From an uncultured delta proteobacterium (GTDB lineage Bacteria > Desulfobacterota > Desulfuromonadia > Desulfuromonadales > JACZKF01), in NCBI GenBank assembly GCA_963816395.1, contig CAWFKQ010000007.1, forward strand, positions 96,001 to 160,000: DNA of 64,000 nt. Reading direction: 5' to 3'. Below are positions 1-9,232 of this stretch, one piece after another; the stretch's first letter is position 1, and each line of letters begins with the position of its first letter. The notes beneath the pieces are model-generated. The model worked only from the letters and a program-made list of their open reading frames with translations. It made no database searches and was not told where the DNA came from. The position numbers were made by a program, and so were the translations under genes.

Positions 1-355
1 CCCAGTCGGGGGAAAATTTCAGCCCGTTGTAGTCGAAAGGGTTATGGCTGGCGGTGAAATTGATGCCGCCACCGGCCCGGCGGAGCAGGATTTCGGAGGC
101 TATTACCGGAGTAGGCACATCGCGGTTGCAGAGGAAGCTCTTGATGCCGGCGCCGGCGAGCACCCGCACTGTTTCCCGGGCAAAATACCGGCCCATGAAG
201 CGGGTGTCGTAGCCGACCACCACCCCCTTGCCCTCCTTCCCCACCATCCGCAGGTGATCGCCGATGGCCTGGGTAACCACCCGGACATTCTCCATGGTGA
301 ATTCTTCGCAGAAAATCCCCCTCCAGCCGGAGGTCCCGAAGCTGATGCGGCTCAT
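1..355 (-). CDS. Phosphoglucomutase/phosphomannomutase family protein (5' part, runs off window)
   Basis: Manual translation from ATG at 355: MSRISFGTSGWRG...VVVGYDTRF...PTP...INFTASHNP; AGGAGG RBS just upstream; not in the ORF track because truncated. Confidence 0.92.
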   Translation of the reverse strand, partial: MSRISFGTSGWRGIFCEEFTMENVRVVTQAIGDHLRMVGKEGKGVVVGYDTRFMGRYFARETVRVLAGAGIKSFLCNRDVPTPVIASEILLRRAGGGINFTASHNPFDYNGLKFSPDW

Positions 356-376
356 GCATTCCTCCTGAGAAATTCG

Positions 377-416
377 TAGTGAGATAGCGAGGTAGCGAGA
401 CAGGAAGGTAGAAAAA
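377..416. repeat. Degenerate octamer tandem array (TAGTGAGA/TAGCGAGG family)
   Basis: TAGTGAGA TAGCGAGG TAGCGAGA CAGGAAGG TAGAAAAA; same unit at 13132 and 24845. Confidence 0.8.
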
Positions 417-427
417 CCCCCGCCTCC

Positions 428-1071
428 CTATCCTCTGAATCTGCCGACCATGGCCTGCAGCCCGCGATACCCGAACCAGGCGCCAAAGGCGAGGATGAAC
501 AGGGCGCAGGTACCGACCAGCAGCCGATAACCCCGGTCGGAAAGGAAACGGCGACCGTAACTCACCGTCGCCGAGACCAAAGAATACCATACAAAATCGG
601 AAAGGATATGGAAGAGGAAGAAAACAATCACTCCGGCCGCTCCGGCGGCCCGGGCCACCACCAGGTAGCCGATACCGACCGTGGCCCACCAGAGAGTGAA
701 ATAGGGATTTGCCAGACTGACCGCCGCCCCGGCGAACAGCGGATGCAGGCCGGCCTCGCCCTGCGCCTGTAACTCGAGGCGCAGGCTGGCAAGCCACGCA
801 GCATTTGCGAGCCCATCCACATGAGCATACCGCCGCCGGCCAGGGCGACAACACTGAATACGGCCGGTTGCTGCACCAGCTCGGCAAGACCGAAGAAAAA
901 AAGCACCACGAGCAGGCCCTCGAGAATAGCGTGCCCAGCCGCCAGCAGCGGACCGGCCCAGATGCCGCGGCGGACCGTTTCGGCCACCGTAACCGTCAGC
1001 AGGGGACCGGGCATCAGCGCCCCGGACAAACCGATGACGAAGGACATGCCGGCGATGGCGACAAGGTTCAC
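428..1071 (-). CDS. LysE family translocator (one frameshift near 800)
   Basis: N-term GLSGALMPGP...GHA in ORF 628..1098; C-term SLANPYFTLWW in ORF 428..1132; GTG start overlaps upstream TGA. Confidence 0.85.
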
Positions 1072-1361
1072 AGGCAGCCGTCCTCCTGTCCATCCCACAG
1101 GTGGGGCGACTGGTAATCCGCCAGTTCGGCAACGTACGGGCAGTCGCCCGGCAAAATGCCGCGGGCGATCAAGCGGGGAGTCAGCCGGGCGCAGCCGCGG
1201 CGGAGCCGGTGCCGCTCGGAATAGACGGTGCAGAGGCGGGTCTGCGGGTCAAGCCGCTCACAGGGGATATCGGTGTAGTATATTTCCCCTCGGTATTCGA
1301 TTTTCTCATAGCAGCAGCGCCCGCAACGGCGGCAGCGGCTTTCCCATTCCGTGTTGGTCAT
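1068..1361 (-). CDS. YkgJ/YcgN-type cysteine-cluster protein
   Basis: CRRCGRCC...C...C.VY..R....C...LP..CPY. Confidence 0.85.
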   Translation of the reverse strand: MTNTEWESRCRRCGRCCYEKIEYRGEIYYTDIPCERLDPQTRLCTVYSERHRLRRGCARLTPRLIARGILPGDCPYVAELADYQSPHLWDGQEDGCL

Positions 1362-1371
1362 TCCTCACCCC

Positions 1372-1536
1372 CTAGTGTCCCGATTGGTTAATTCCGTCCA
1401 TTAATTCTGGTCCTTTTGCCCGCTAGCTGCGTTGCGCCTCCTCGGCTTAGTGCAGGCTAGGCCTGCGTCGGCGCGCCTTGCCAGCAGCCAAAATGCCTCA
1501 GAATTATCTGAATTGACTAACCAAACGGGACACTAG
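1372..1536. mobile_element. Putative MITE (non-autonomous element, 157 bp between CTAG sites)
   Basis: Terminal inverted repeats CTAGTGTCCCG(A/T)TTGGTTA; CTAG at 1372-1375 and 1533-1536; imperfect symmetry continues inward; no coding capacity. Confidence 0.75.
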
Positions 1537-1543
1537 CCAGCTA

Positions 1544-1572
1544 ACGGTAGTCAATGCCGCCCTACAGGTCAA
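1544..1572 (-). promoter_or_regulatory. sigma70-type promoter for ykgJ-lysE-pgm
   Basis: TTGACC-N17-TACCGT on minus strand. Confidence 0.6.
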
Positions 1573-1611
1573 CTGGAAAACAGATTTCTTTCGCCATCCC
1601 ATATTTAATGA

Positions 1612-1641
1612 TTGACAAAATTGCCGCCTCCCATTAATAAT
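1612..1641 (+). promoter_or_regulatory. sigma70-type promoter for PxxKW gene
   Basis: TTGACA-N17-TAATAAT; AAGGAGGT RBS at 1677-1684. Confidence 0.65.
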
Positions 1642-1691
1642 GACGATTCTGAAAAAGCGATAAACCCTACTCCCCCAAGGAGGTATCTCCA

Positions 1692-1982
1692 ATGCAGTGT
1701 CAGAGTGTTCTCCCCGGTACCGAGTGTACCTTCTGGTCCAAGCAGGGCTGCGTCTTCAACGGCAGCTCCTGCCAGAATGTCGTTGAGGATTGCCAGGGCT
1801 GCGATCGCATCGTCGACGGAACCATCGGCCAGGTCTGCTCCGTCGCGCCGGCTCCCAAGCAGAAGTGGGCCTTGGGCCTCTGCAACATGGCTACCCATCG
1901 CAAAGTCGACCTGCAGAGCGCCGAGTCGAAGATGGTCAACCCGCTGAAGGCATCCAAGAAAGCTTCGGCCAAGAAGAAATAG
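1692..1982 (+). CDS. PxxKW family cysteine-rich protein
   Basis: 8 Cys, PKQKW motif, CNMATH, basic tail NPLKASKK; strong RBS. Confidence 0.85.
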   Translation: MQCQSVLPGTECTFWSKQGCVFNGSSCQNVVEDCQGCDRIVDGTIGQVCSVAPAPKQKWALGLCNMATHRKVDLQSAESKMVNPLKASKKASAKKK

Positions 1983-1999
1983 GAACAAATTCGCATCTT

Positions 2000-2044
2000 G
2001 AAACGCAAAAAGCAGGCGCCAACGGCGCCTGCTTTTTGCGTTTC
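2000..2044. terminator. Bidirectional intrinsic terminator
   Basis: Perfect 21-bp inverted repeat GAAACGCAAAAAGCAGGCGCC-aac-GGCGCCTGCTTTTTGCGTTTC between convergent genes. Confidence 0.9.
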
Positions 2045-2738
2045 AGCGGAACAGGAGAAACAGCAGGGGCAGAATGAAGGCGGTGATCAGCCCATTCAGA
2101 CCGATGGCCAGCCCGGCAATCGCTCCCCCCAGGCGGTCCACCTCCAGCATGCGGGCGGTGCCGATGCCGTGGGCCGCAGTTCCCACCGCCAGGCCCATGG
2201 CCGCCGGTTCGCGGATGCCGACCAAACGGCAGAATTCCGGCCCGCAGATGGCCCCCAGACATCCGGTGAGGACGACAATGGCGGCGGTCAGCGGCGCAAT
2301 GCCGCCGATCTTCTCGACGATACCGATAGCGATCGGCGTTGTTACCGATTTCGGCGCCAGCGAGAGGACCACATCCCGGCTTCCCCCGAGCAGCCAGGCA
2401 ATGCCGCAGGCGGAGACCATAGAGGTCACGGCTCCCGCCGTAACCCCCAGCAGAATAGGCACCTTCTTACTGAGAATCTCCCGCCGGCGACTGTACAGAG
2501 GGACACCGAGAGCGACCACTGACGGCCCCAGCAGAAAGAGGATAAAGCGACCGCCGACGGCATATTGCGCATAGGGGATCTGCAGCAGCAGCAGAAAGGC
2601 GATGACGCCGGCGATAGACAGGGCGACGGGGGTGAACAGGAGATTGCCGGTGCGCAGGTACAGCTTCTGCGCCAGCGCATAGGCCCCGAGGGTCAGGGCA
2701 ATGCCGAAGAGGGGACTGCCGAGGAGTTCATTCCACAC
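2043..2738 (-). CDS. lrgB: LrgB family membrane protein
   Basis: LLGPSVVALGVPLY, SLAPKSVTTPIA, AHGIGTAR motifs. Confidence 0.92.
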   Translation of the reverse strand: MWNELLGSPLFGIALTLGAYALAQKLYLRTGNLLFTPVALSIAGVIAFLLLLQIPYAQYAVGGRFILFLLGPSVVALGVPLYSRRREILSKKVPILLGVTAGAVTSMVSACGIAWLLGGSRDVVLSLAPKSVTTPIAIGIVEKIGGIAPLTAAIVVLTGCLGAICGPEFCRLVGIREPAAMGLAVGTAAHGIGTARMLEVDRLGGAIAGLAIGLNGLITAFILPLLFLLFR

Positions 2739-3081
2739 GGTCCCCTCCCCGCTTCTCGAGCCAGCGTTCAGTCCAGCCGGTCACGGCCATTACAGCGAAA
2801 GTACTGAGCACCAGGGCGGCGGCGATCGGCAGCCATTCGCGCCGGATCAGGTCGAAATAGACCATCACCCCGACCCCGGCGGGGATGAAGAAAAGGGCAA
2901 AATGGGAAAGCAGCAACTCCGCCGCTTCCTGCACCCATTCCAGCCGGATGATCCCCGTCGCCAGGGCCGCCAACAGCAGTCCCATGCCGATCACGTTGCC
3001 GGGGATGGGCAGATGCAGGCCCAGAGAAGTCATTTCACCGACGAACTGCAGCAGCAGCAGAATGGCCATTCCTCTGACCAT
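2728..3081 (-). CDS. lrgA: CidA/LrgA family protein
   Basis: LPIPGNVIGM, LFFIPAGVGVM; adjacent to lrgB. Confidence 0.9.
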   Translation of the reverse strand: MVRGMAILLLLQFVGEMTSLGLHLPIPGNVIGMGLLLAALATGIIRLEWVQEAAELLLSHFALFFIPAGVGVMVYFDLIRREWLPIAAALVLSTFAVMAVTGWTERWLEKRGGDRVE

Positions 3082-3122
3082 GGTCCCTTCCTTTCGTCAA
3101 GTGCCCCGGGCAGGGCAGCAAA

Positions 3123-3917
3123 TCACAGTTCTGCTTTTAATCCCTCGACCACGGCTGCGACTTCCTCGCGAATATCCTTCGCTCCGGGGGAACGTTCGTG
3201 TAACAGGAATTCCTGGAAATTGTGCAGGGCCTGGCGCGGCCGTTCCTGATCGAGATTGATATTCCCCAGGGTGAGATAGGCGAAGGCGAAATCGGGATCA
3301 TGCTGCAGCGTCTCCCGGCATTCCCGCTCCGCCGCCTCCAAGTCTCCCATATCATATTGCATCTCCGCCAGGTTGTAATGGCCCTGAGGGTCTTCCGGAT
3401 CGATCTCGATCACCCGCCGGTACAGAGAAAGGGCCTCTTCGTTCCGGCCCAGGGCATAACAGGCGTCACCCAGGGAGTTCAGGGCAAAAATAGAATCGGG
3501 CTCCAGCGCCAGTGCCTTGCGGAATGCCGCTTCCGCCTGTTCCATCCGCTCCTGGTGAAAATGCACCAGGCCAACGCTGACCCAGCCATCCGCCTGGGCA
3601 TCGTCATGCCGCAGGATATCCTCGTAGACCTGCAAAGCGGATTCCGGCTGCGCCGCTTCGAATAAGGTATCCCCCAGGGCATACAGCACTTCCAGATTCT
3701 CCGGCTCAAGATCTCGCGCGCGGCCGAAGGCCGCCGCCGCCTCGGCTGGCTGGCCACTCTCGCCGAGTGCCTCACCGAGCAGAAAATGCGCCTGAGCCGC
3801 CTGTGGAAAATCCTGGGCGGCCTGCCGCCCTATCCGCACCGCGACCGTATAATCACCGATCTCCAGAGCTTCCCTTCCCTGCCGCAGCAGCCTTTCCAGT
3901 TCCTGCATCCTCCGCAT
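3123..3917 (-). CDS. Tetratricopeptide repeat protein
   Basis: About 7 consecutive TPR motifs (A..LG..A...F..A...P). Confidence 0.88.
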   Translation of the reverse strand: MRRMQELERLLRQGREALEIGDYTVAVRIGRQAAQDFPQAAQAHFLLGEALGESGQPAEAAAAFGRARDLEPENLEVLYALGDTLFEAAQPESALQVYEDILRHDDAQADGWVSVGLVHFHQERMEQAEAAFRKALALEPDSIFALNSLGDACYALGRNEEALSLYRRVIEIDPEDPQGHYNLAEMQYDMGDLEAAERECRETLQHDPDFAFAYLTLGNINLDQERPRQALHNFQEFLLHERSPGAKDIREEVAAVVEGLKAEL

Positions 3918-3928
3918 CCTTTCTCTTC

Positions 3929-4570
3929 TCAGTAGCCGAAATCTTCATTGATCAGGCAGACCTGGATATCGGTAGCCCGGGGGCATTTTTCGATAATGGT
4001 CGTGATGCGGCAGATGCGCTGCGGCGAGTTGCAGTCGCTGCACACCCCGGTTTGGGCGCAGGGGGTTTTATATCCCAGGCGCCGGGCATTCGGCGGGCTG
4101 GCCATCTCCTTGATCCGCTTCAGGGCACTGTCGAGGTCGACGACGAGTTTATTGGCGCCGGCCACAACAATGACCCGCTTGGGCCCGAAAGCCATGGCAC
4201 CGACCCGATTGCCGGTGGCGTCGATATTTACCAGCTGCCCTTTGAGGGTAAGGGCGTTGGTGCTGGTGAAGAAAAGATCGCAGCCGAGCTGCTCCTGCAT
4301 CACCTGCCGCCGCTCCGCGGGTGAGAGGCCGGGAAGGGTATGCAGCAGAGTCTTCTTCCCCGCCTGCGCGAGGAAACCGGCCAGACCGAGTTCGGTTATA
4401 GTCATCGAGCCGCCGAAGCCGACAGTGGTCGCCTCCGCGGCAGCCTGCATCAGGTAAGGGACCGCTTCCTGCCGTGAAGGGAACAGCATAGTGGCAAAGC
4501 CGTTCTTCTCCAGGGCCGCCCCTGCCGTTTCCATCAATTGCTGCCGCCGCCAGCGCAGGTTATCATCCAT
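3929..4570 (-). CDS. LUD-domain (lactate utilisation-like) protein
   Basis: VGFGGSMT, STNALT..G.LVNIDATGNRV, TPC..TG.CSDC.SP.RIC; start moved to MDDN with GGAGG RBS. Confidence 0.85.
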   Translation of the reverse strand: MDDNLRWRRQQLMETAGAALEKNGFATMLFPSRQEAVPYLMQAAAEATTVGFGGSMTITELGLAGFLAQAGKKTLLHTLPGLSPAERRQVMQEQLGCDLFFTSTNALTLKGQLVNIDATGNRVGAMAFGPKRVIVVAGANKLVVDLDSALKRIKEMASPPNARRLGYKTPCAQTGVCSDCNSPQRICRITTIIEKCPRATDIQVCLINEDFGY

Positions 4571-4571
4571 T

Positions 4572-5883
4572 TCAACCTCCTTGTCGCGGCGCTTCCGCCG
4601 CCAGATATTCCAGCGCCTCCAGCATGCCCCAAGGGGAGCTGCCGATTTTGCGCACGGGGATTCCAAGTTCCCGACTCAGGTCGGGCAGGGACAGATCATC
4701 GAGAAAAATGTCCTCGCCTTCTTTGAGCACCACCTCCGGCACCAGCAGCACTTTCCCCAGCTCTTTGCCGCGCAGCTGCTGAACCACGTCCCGTCCCGTC
4801 AATAACCCGGCAACGGTGACATGACCGCCGAAAAAGTCGTTGCGAATCGGGTGCAGATGAATGGTTACGCCGGTTCTGGCCGAAAGAGCGACAAGGTAGC
4901 GGGTCAGCTCAGGGTGGGCCGACTGGCCGGTAAAGGTGGAGACGGGGGGCAGGACAAGCGGCTCCGCTTCGTTCAGCGCTTCGGCCGCTTCCTGCTGGAA
5001 AACGGCGATCATGCCTACCCCGTTTTCCAGCTGCGGCAGATCCTCATAGGCCGCCAACGGTGGAATCTCGGCCCCGGCCTGCAGGTAAAACTCATCGGCG
5101 GCAAAGACAAAGCGGCTGCCGGCTTCGGTCAGAAAACGTTCCTGATATCCATGCAACAGATCGAGAACCGCTGTTGCCTCGGCGACAGTGGGCGGCCGCA
5201 GTTGCGGCAAACGCTGACGATATCCGGTCAGTCCGACCGGAACGACCGCCAGGGAGCGGATACCTGGTCGCAGGGCATACAGGTCCTCGATGGTTCGTTC
5301 CAGTTCAGCGCCGTCATTGATTCCCGGGCAGAGCACCACCTGGGTATGGATCTCAATCCCGGCCGCGGTCAGCCGTCGCAGTAATTCAAGAACCGGCGCC
5401 CCGCTGCGGCCGAGCATTCTGGTTCGCAGTTGCTCGTCGGTGGCGTGCACCGAGACGTACAGGGGGGAGATGTGCTGTTGGGTGATGCGCTGCAGATCAG
5501 GCTCCTGCCACATTGCTCAAAGTGATATAGGAGCCATAGAGATAAGAAAAGCGATAATCTTCGTCCTTCAGGTACAGGGAGCGTCGCATGCCGCGCGGCA
5601 GTTGATGAACGAAGCAGAAAAGACAGTTATTACCGCACTGGGTCGGCTCCGGATGCTGGAAATGCAGGCCGAGGGTGTCATCGGCATCCTTCTCGATTTC
5701 CAGGTCCCAGAGATCGCCATTTTGCTTCTGCACCTCCAGCAGGATTTCTTCATCCCCGATGACCACCTGAAAATCAAGCAGGTCCCGCACCGGCTCGCCA
5801 TTGATGGCGAGGATCCGGTCACCCGGTTCGAGATCCAGTTCGGCACCGATACTGCCGGGTTCTACTTCACATATTTCCAGCAT
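4572..5883 (-). CDS. DUF512 / PDZ-containing putative radical SAM protein (frameshift near 5505)
   Basis: N-terminal PDZ-like segment, CGNNCLFC, KDEDYRFS, PQLENGVG; split across ORFs 5497..5952 and 4572..5513. Confidence 0.85.
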
Positions 5884-6159
5884 GTTGCTCCCTCCACCCG
5901 GCACCAAGAGAAAGCGGCAACAGCCTCGGGCGGATAGCGTGAACAGAATCAATGCGCATGCGATCGACGGGCTGGAAATAGAAAAAAACGGCGGACGGCG
6001 AAAGCCGGCGGGGGCGGTACATTCTGGTTACAGGCTCACGTTCAAGATGGCGACAGCTGGCAGGCGTTTTTGCCCGGCGGGGCGCCGGGACGCAGGGGTC
6101 GGGGCAAGCCGGCCGTGATTGCGCGGACACGGCAACGGTTCCATGGTCGGGAAAGACAA

Positions 6160-6200
6160 AGGTCCCCGCCGGAGGTTCATACCCCTCCCGACAGGGACCT
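6160..6200 (-). terminator. Probable terminator hairpin downstream of hfq
   Basis: Minus strand AGGTCCC-tgt-cgggagg...cctccgg-cg-GGGACCT followed by TTGTCTTT. Confidence 0.5.
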
Positions 6201-6237
6201 GGATGAGCCGGTATTCAGGTGCCCCGTTCCGGGCGCC

Positions 6238-6471
6238 TCAGTCCCTGCCCCCGTGCAGGCGGAACGAGCCGTCGGCAGAGGTGATGGAGGAGATCGCATG
6301 CTTGTACAGCAGAATATCGCCGCCGCTTTCGATCAGCACGCAGAAGCTGTCGAAGGACTTGATATATCCGTCCAGCTTCTCTCCCGACATCATAACAACA
6401 GTGACGCGTACCCGCTCTTTGCGGGCCTGATTTAAATACTGGTCCTGAATGTTGAATGGGGTCTTAGCCAT
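6238..6471 (-). CDS. hfq: RNA chaperone Hfq
   Basis: NIQDQYLN..RKE...G.KL.G.I..FD..LLYKHAISSI; directly after miaA. Confidence 0.96.
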   Translation of the reverse strand: MAKTPFNIQDQYLNQARKERVRVTVVMMSGEKLDGYIKSFDSFCVLIESGGDILLYKHAISSITSADGSFRLHGGRD

Positions 6472-7417
6472 GGCCACTCCTTTGACTCTGCATAAAATAT
6501 TCAATCAACTGGAGGATTCTACCAAACTCTGGCGAGGAATCAACCCAAATAATTTCGATATCTTTCCGAAACCAGGTAAGCTGGCGTTTTGCGTAGCGCC
6601 GGGAGTCGCGCTGGATCAGGGCAATCGCCGTCGGCAGCGGCAGCTCTCCCTGCAGGTGCCGGATCACCTCCCGATAACCGATCGTCTGCAGTGCTTTGCA
6701 GGAAGGGGAAAATCCCCGGGCCAGAAGGCCCTGCACTTCGTTCACCAGACCGGCGGCCAGCATGGACTCGGTGCGGCGGTCAATCCGTGCGAAAAGTTCC
6801 TGCCGCGCCGGAGCAAGGGCGATCTTCAGGGTACGGAAGGGACGATCGGCAAAGGCATGCGCTGTCTGCATCTCGGAAAAACGCCGCCCGGTAAGCGCCT
6901 GCACCTCCAGCGCCCGGACGATGCGCACCTGGTCACGCGGCGACAGGCGGGCCGCCAGGGCCGGATCGGCAAGCTGCAGCCGGCGGTACAAGGTCCCCTC
7001 CCCTTCACTTGTTTCCAGTTCCAGCAGCTCCCTGCGCAGGCGGGCACTCCCGGCAGGGGCGGCGACGAGTCCCTCGGTCAGGGTCCGGATGTACAGCCCC
7101 GTCCCCCCGACCACCACCGGCAGCCGTCCACGGCCGCCGATTTCGACCGCGGCCTGGCGCCCGCGACGGGCGAAATCGGCGGCGGTGAAAGGCTCGTCAG
7201 GCTCGACGACATCGATCAGGTGATGCGGCACCCGGGCCAGTTCATCCAAGGTCGGCTTGGCGGTTCCGATATCGAGTCCGCGGTAGACCTGCCGGGAATC
7301 GGCGGAGATCACCTCAATCGGCAGGTGCTCTGCCAGTTGCAGAGCCAGAGCCGTTTTACCGGCTGCCGTCGGGCCACAGATGACGATCAGGGGAGGATGC
7401 TCCCCGACCACAGGCAT
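6464..7417 (-). CDS. miaA: tRNA dimethylallyltransferase
   Basis: GPTAAGKT, ISADSRQVYRGLDIGTAKP, VGGTGLY, YAKRQLTWFR. Confidence 0.96.
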   Translation of the reverse strand: MPVVGEHPPLIVICGPTAAGKTALALQLAEHLPIEVISADSRQVYRGLDIGTAKPTLDELARVPHHLIDVVEPDEPFTAADFARRGRQAAVEIGGRGRLPVVVGGTGLYIRTLTEGLVAAPAGSARLRRELLELETSEGEGTLYRRLQLADPALAARLSPRDQVRIVRALEVQALTGRRFSEMQTAHAFADRPFRTLKIALAPARQELFARIDRRTESMLAAGLVNEVQGLLARGFSPSCKALQTIGYREVIRHLQGELPLPTAIALIQRDSRRYAKRQLTWFRKDIEIIWVDSSPEFGRILQLIEYFMQSQRSGHG

Positions 7418-9199
7418 CAGGTTCTCCGAAACATGTGCTCGATTTCCCTCAAGCTCAGGCGCTTCAACACCGGCCGGCCGTGCGGGCAATGGGCTTTGAA
7501 ATCGACACGGTCGAGAGCGTCCAGGAGGGCGCGGATTTCCGGAAGAGAAAGAGAAGAATTGGCGCGCACCGCACCGTGGCAGGCGAGTAGCATGAGGACC
7601 TGCTCGACCGCTGTCTCTACCGCCTCGCTTTTGCCGACGGCCGCAAGCTCAGCCGCTACTTCCCGCAACAGGCGCTCGCTATCACCCTCCCCGAGAAGGC
7701 GGGGAACGGTTTTCAGGGCCAGGGTCCGGCCACCGAAAGGTTCCAGTTCGAATCCGAGTCTCTCCAGATCCGCCAGGTGCTCCTGCAGCAGAGAGTGCTC
7801 CTTGAAATCGAACTCGATCACCGACCGGGAAAGAGCAGCGCCTGGCGCTCAATGCGTCCCCCCCAGTATTCCTTCTTCAGCCGCTCAAAGCCGATCCGCT
7901 CATGCGCGGCATGCTGATCGATGAGCAGCAGGTCGTCCCCATCCTGGCAGAGCAGGTAGCTGCGCCGGTACTGGCCAAGGACTTCCAGGCCATGGAAAAA
8001 ACCGGCCGGGGCGGCAGCGGGAACCGGCAGAGCATGCGCAGCGGTTTCCACCGGCGTCGTGGCGGGATTCCGGACGGAGTAACTCAGCAGCGCCTCCTGA
8101 ACCCTGTCCCGGTGCAGATCCGCCGCGGCCTGCCCCGGCATCGGGACGGTTGCGGGCGTCGGCGGACGGGAAAGTTCCGGTCTCTGTGCGGTCCCGCCTG
8201 AGAGCCAATCACCTGGGCGCAGGCAATCGCGGACCGCTCCGGCGAGAAAGGAATGGACCAGACTCTGCTCACGGAAGCGGACCTCGTGCTTGGTGGGGTG
8301 GACGTTTACATCCACCTCCTCCGGGGCGATTTCCAGGAAGAGTACGGCCACCGGGTAGCGTCCCTTTTCCAGGACCGATCGATAGCCTTCGAGAAGGGCA
8401 TGCTGCACGACCCGGTCACGGATATAGCGACCGTTGATGAAGGTATAAACGGCCCCAGCTCCGGGCCGGTGAACGGCCGGTTGGGAAATCAGCCCATGCA
8501 GGCGAAGACCGTTCTCGGCCCGCTCCAGAGGGAGCAGATCGCGCAGCAGGGGGCGGCCGAGAAGAGAGGCCACCCGTTCGGCCAGAGACCCCTGCCGAAA
8601 AACCTCCAGGACGGTTCGCTCATTGTGGACCAGGCGGAAATGAACTCCGGGACGGGCCAGTGCCAGTTTGGTTACTACATCCCCGATATGTCCGAATTCG
8701 GTTTCCTCGCGGCGCAGGAATTTCCGCCGTGCCGGGGTATTGAAGAAAAGATCGCGCACCTCGATGCAGGTACCCCGCGCCATTCCCACGGCCCCGGCCC
8801 GTTTCACCCCCCCCCCTCGGCAAAGATCTCCCATCCCTCAAGTGCCCCTTCGGGACAGCTGCGCAGGGTGAAACGGGAGACCGAGGCAATGGAAGGGAGG
8901 GCCTCGCCACGAAAACCGAGTGTATGCAGATTGAACAGATCTTCATCCGTGCGCAGCTTGCTGGTGGCGTGGCGTTCAAGGGCGAGAAAGACATCGTCGC
9001 GTCCCATCCCTTCGCCGTCGTCCTGCACCCGGATGAGCCGCCTGCCGCCCCCTTTTACCTCCAGACGGATCTCCGTCGCCCCGGCATCGAGAGAATTTTC
9101 CAGCAGCTCTTTGACCACCGAGGCCGGCCTTTCGACCACCTCGCCGGCAGCGATTTTATTGCAGAGTTCTTCCGGCAGGATATGGATGCGGGGGTTCAT
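7417..9199 (-). CDS. mutL: DNA mismatch repair protein MutL (two frameshifts, near 8810 and 7820)
   Basis: [51 protein letters not shown] across three ORFs. Confidence 0.95.
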
Positions 9200-9232
9200 T
9201 GGTGGATGAAGGGTCGGCAGCAGGCCAGAGGG

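Noticed and set aside
6058..6112. sigma54 promoter (TGGCAGGCGTTTTTGC) or c-di-GMP-I riboswitch
   Set aside because: GG-GC spacing is 11 rather than 10 and it points antisense to hfq; GEMM core motifs are absent.
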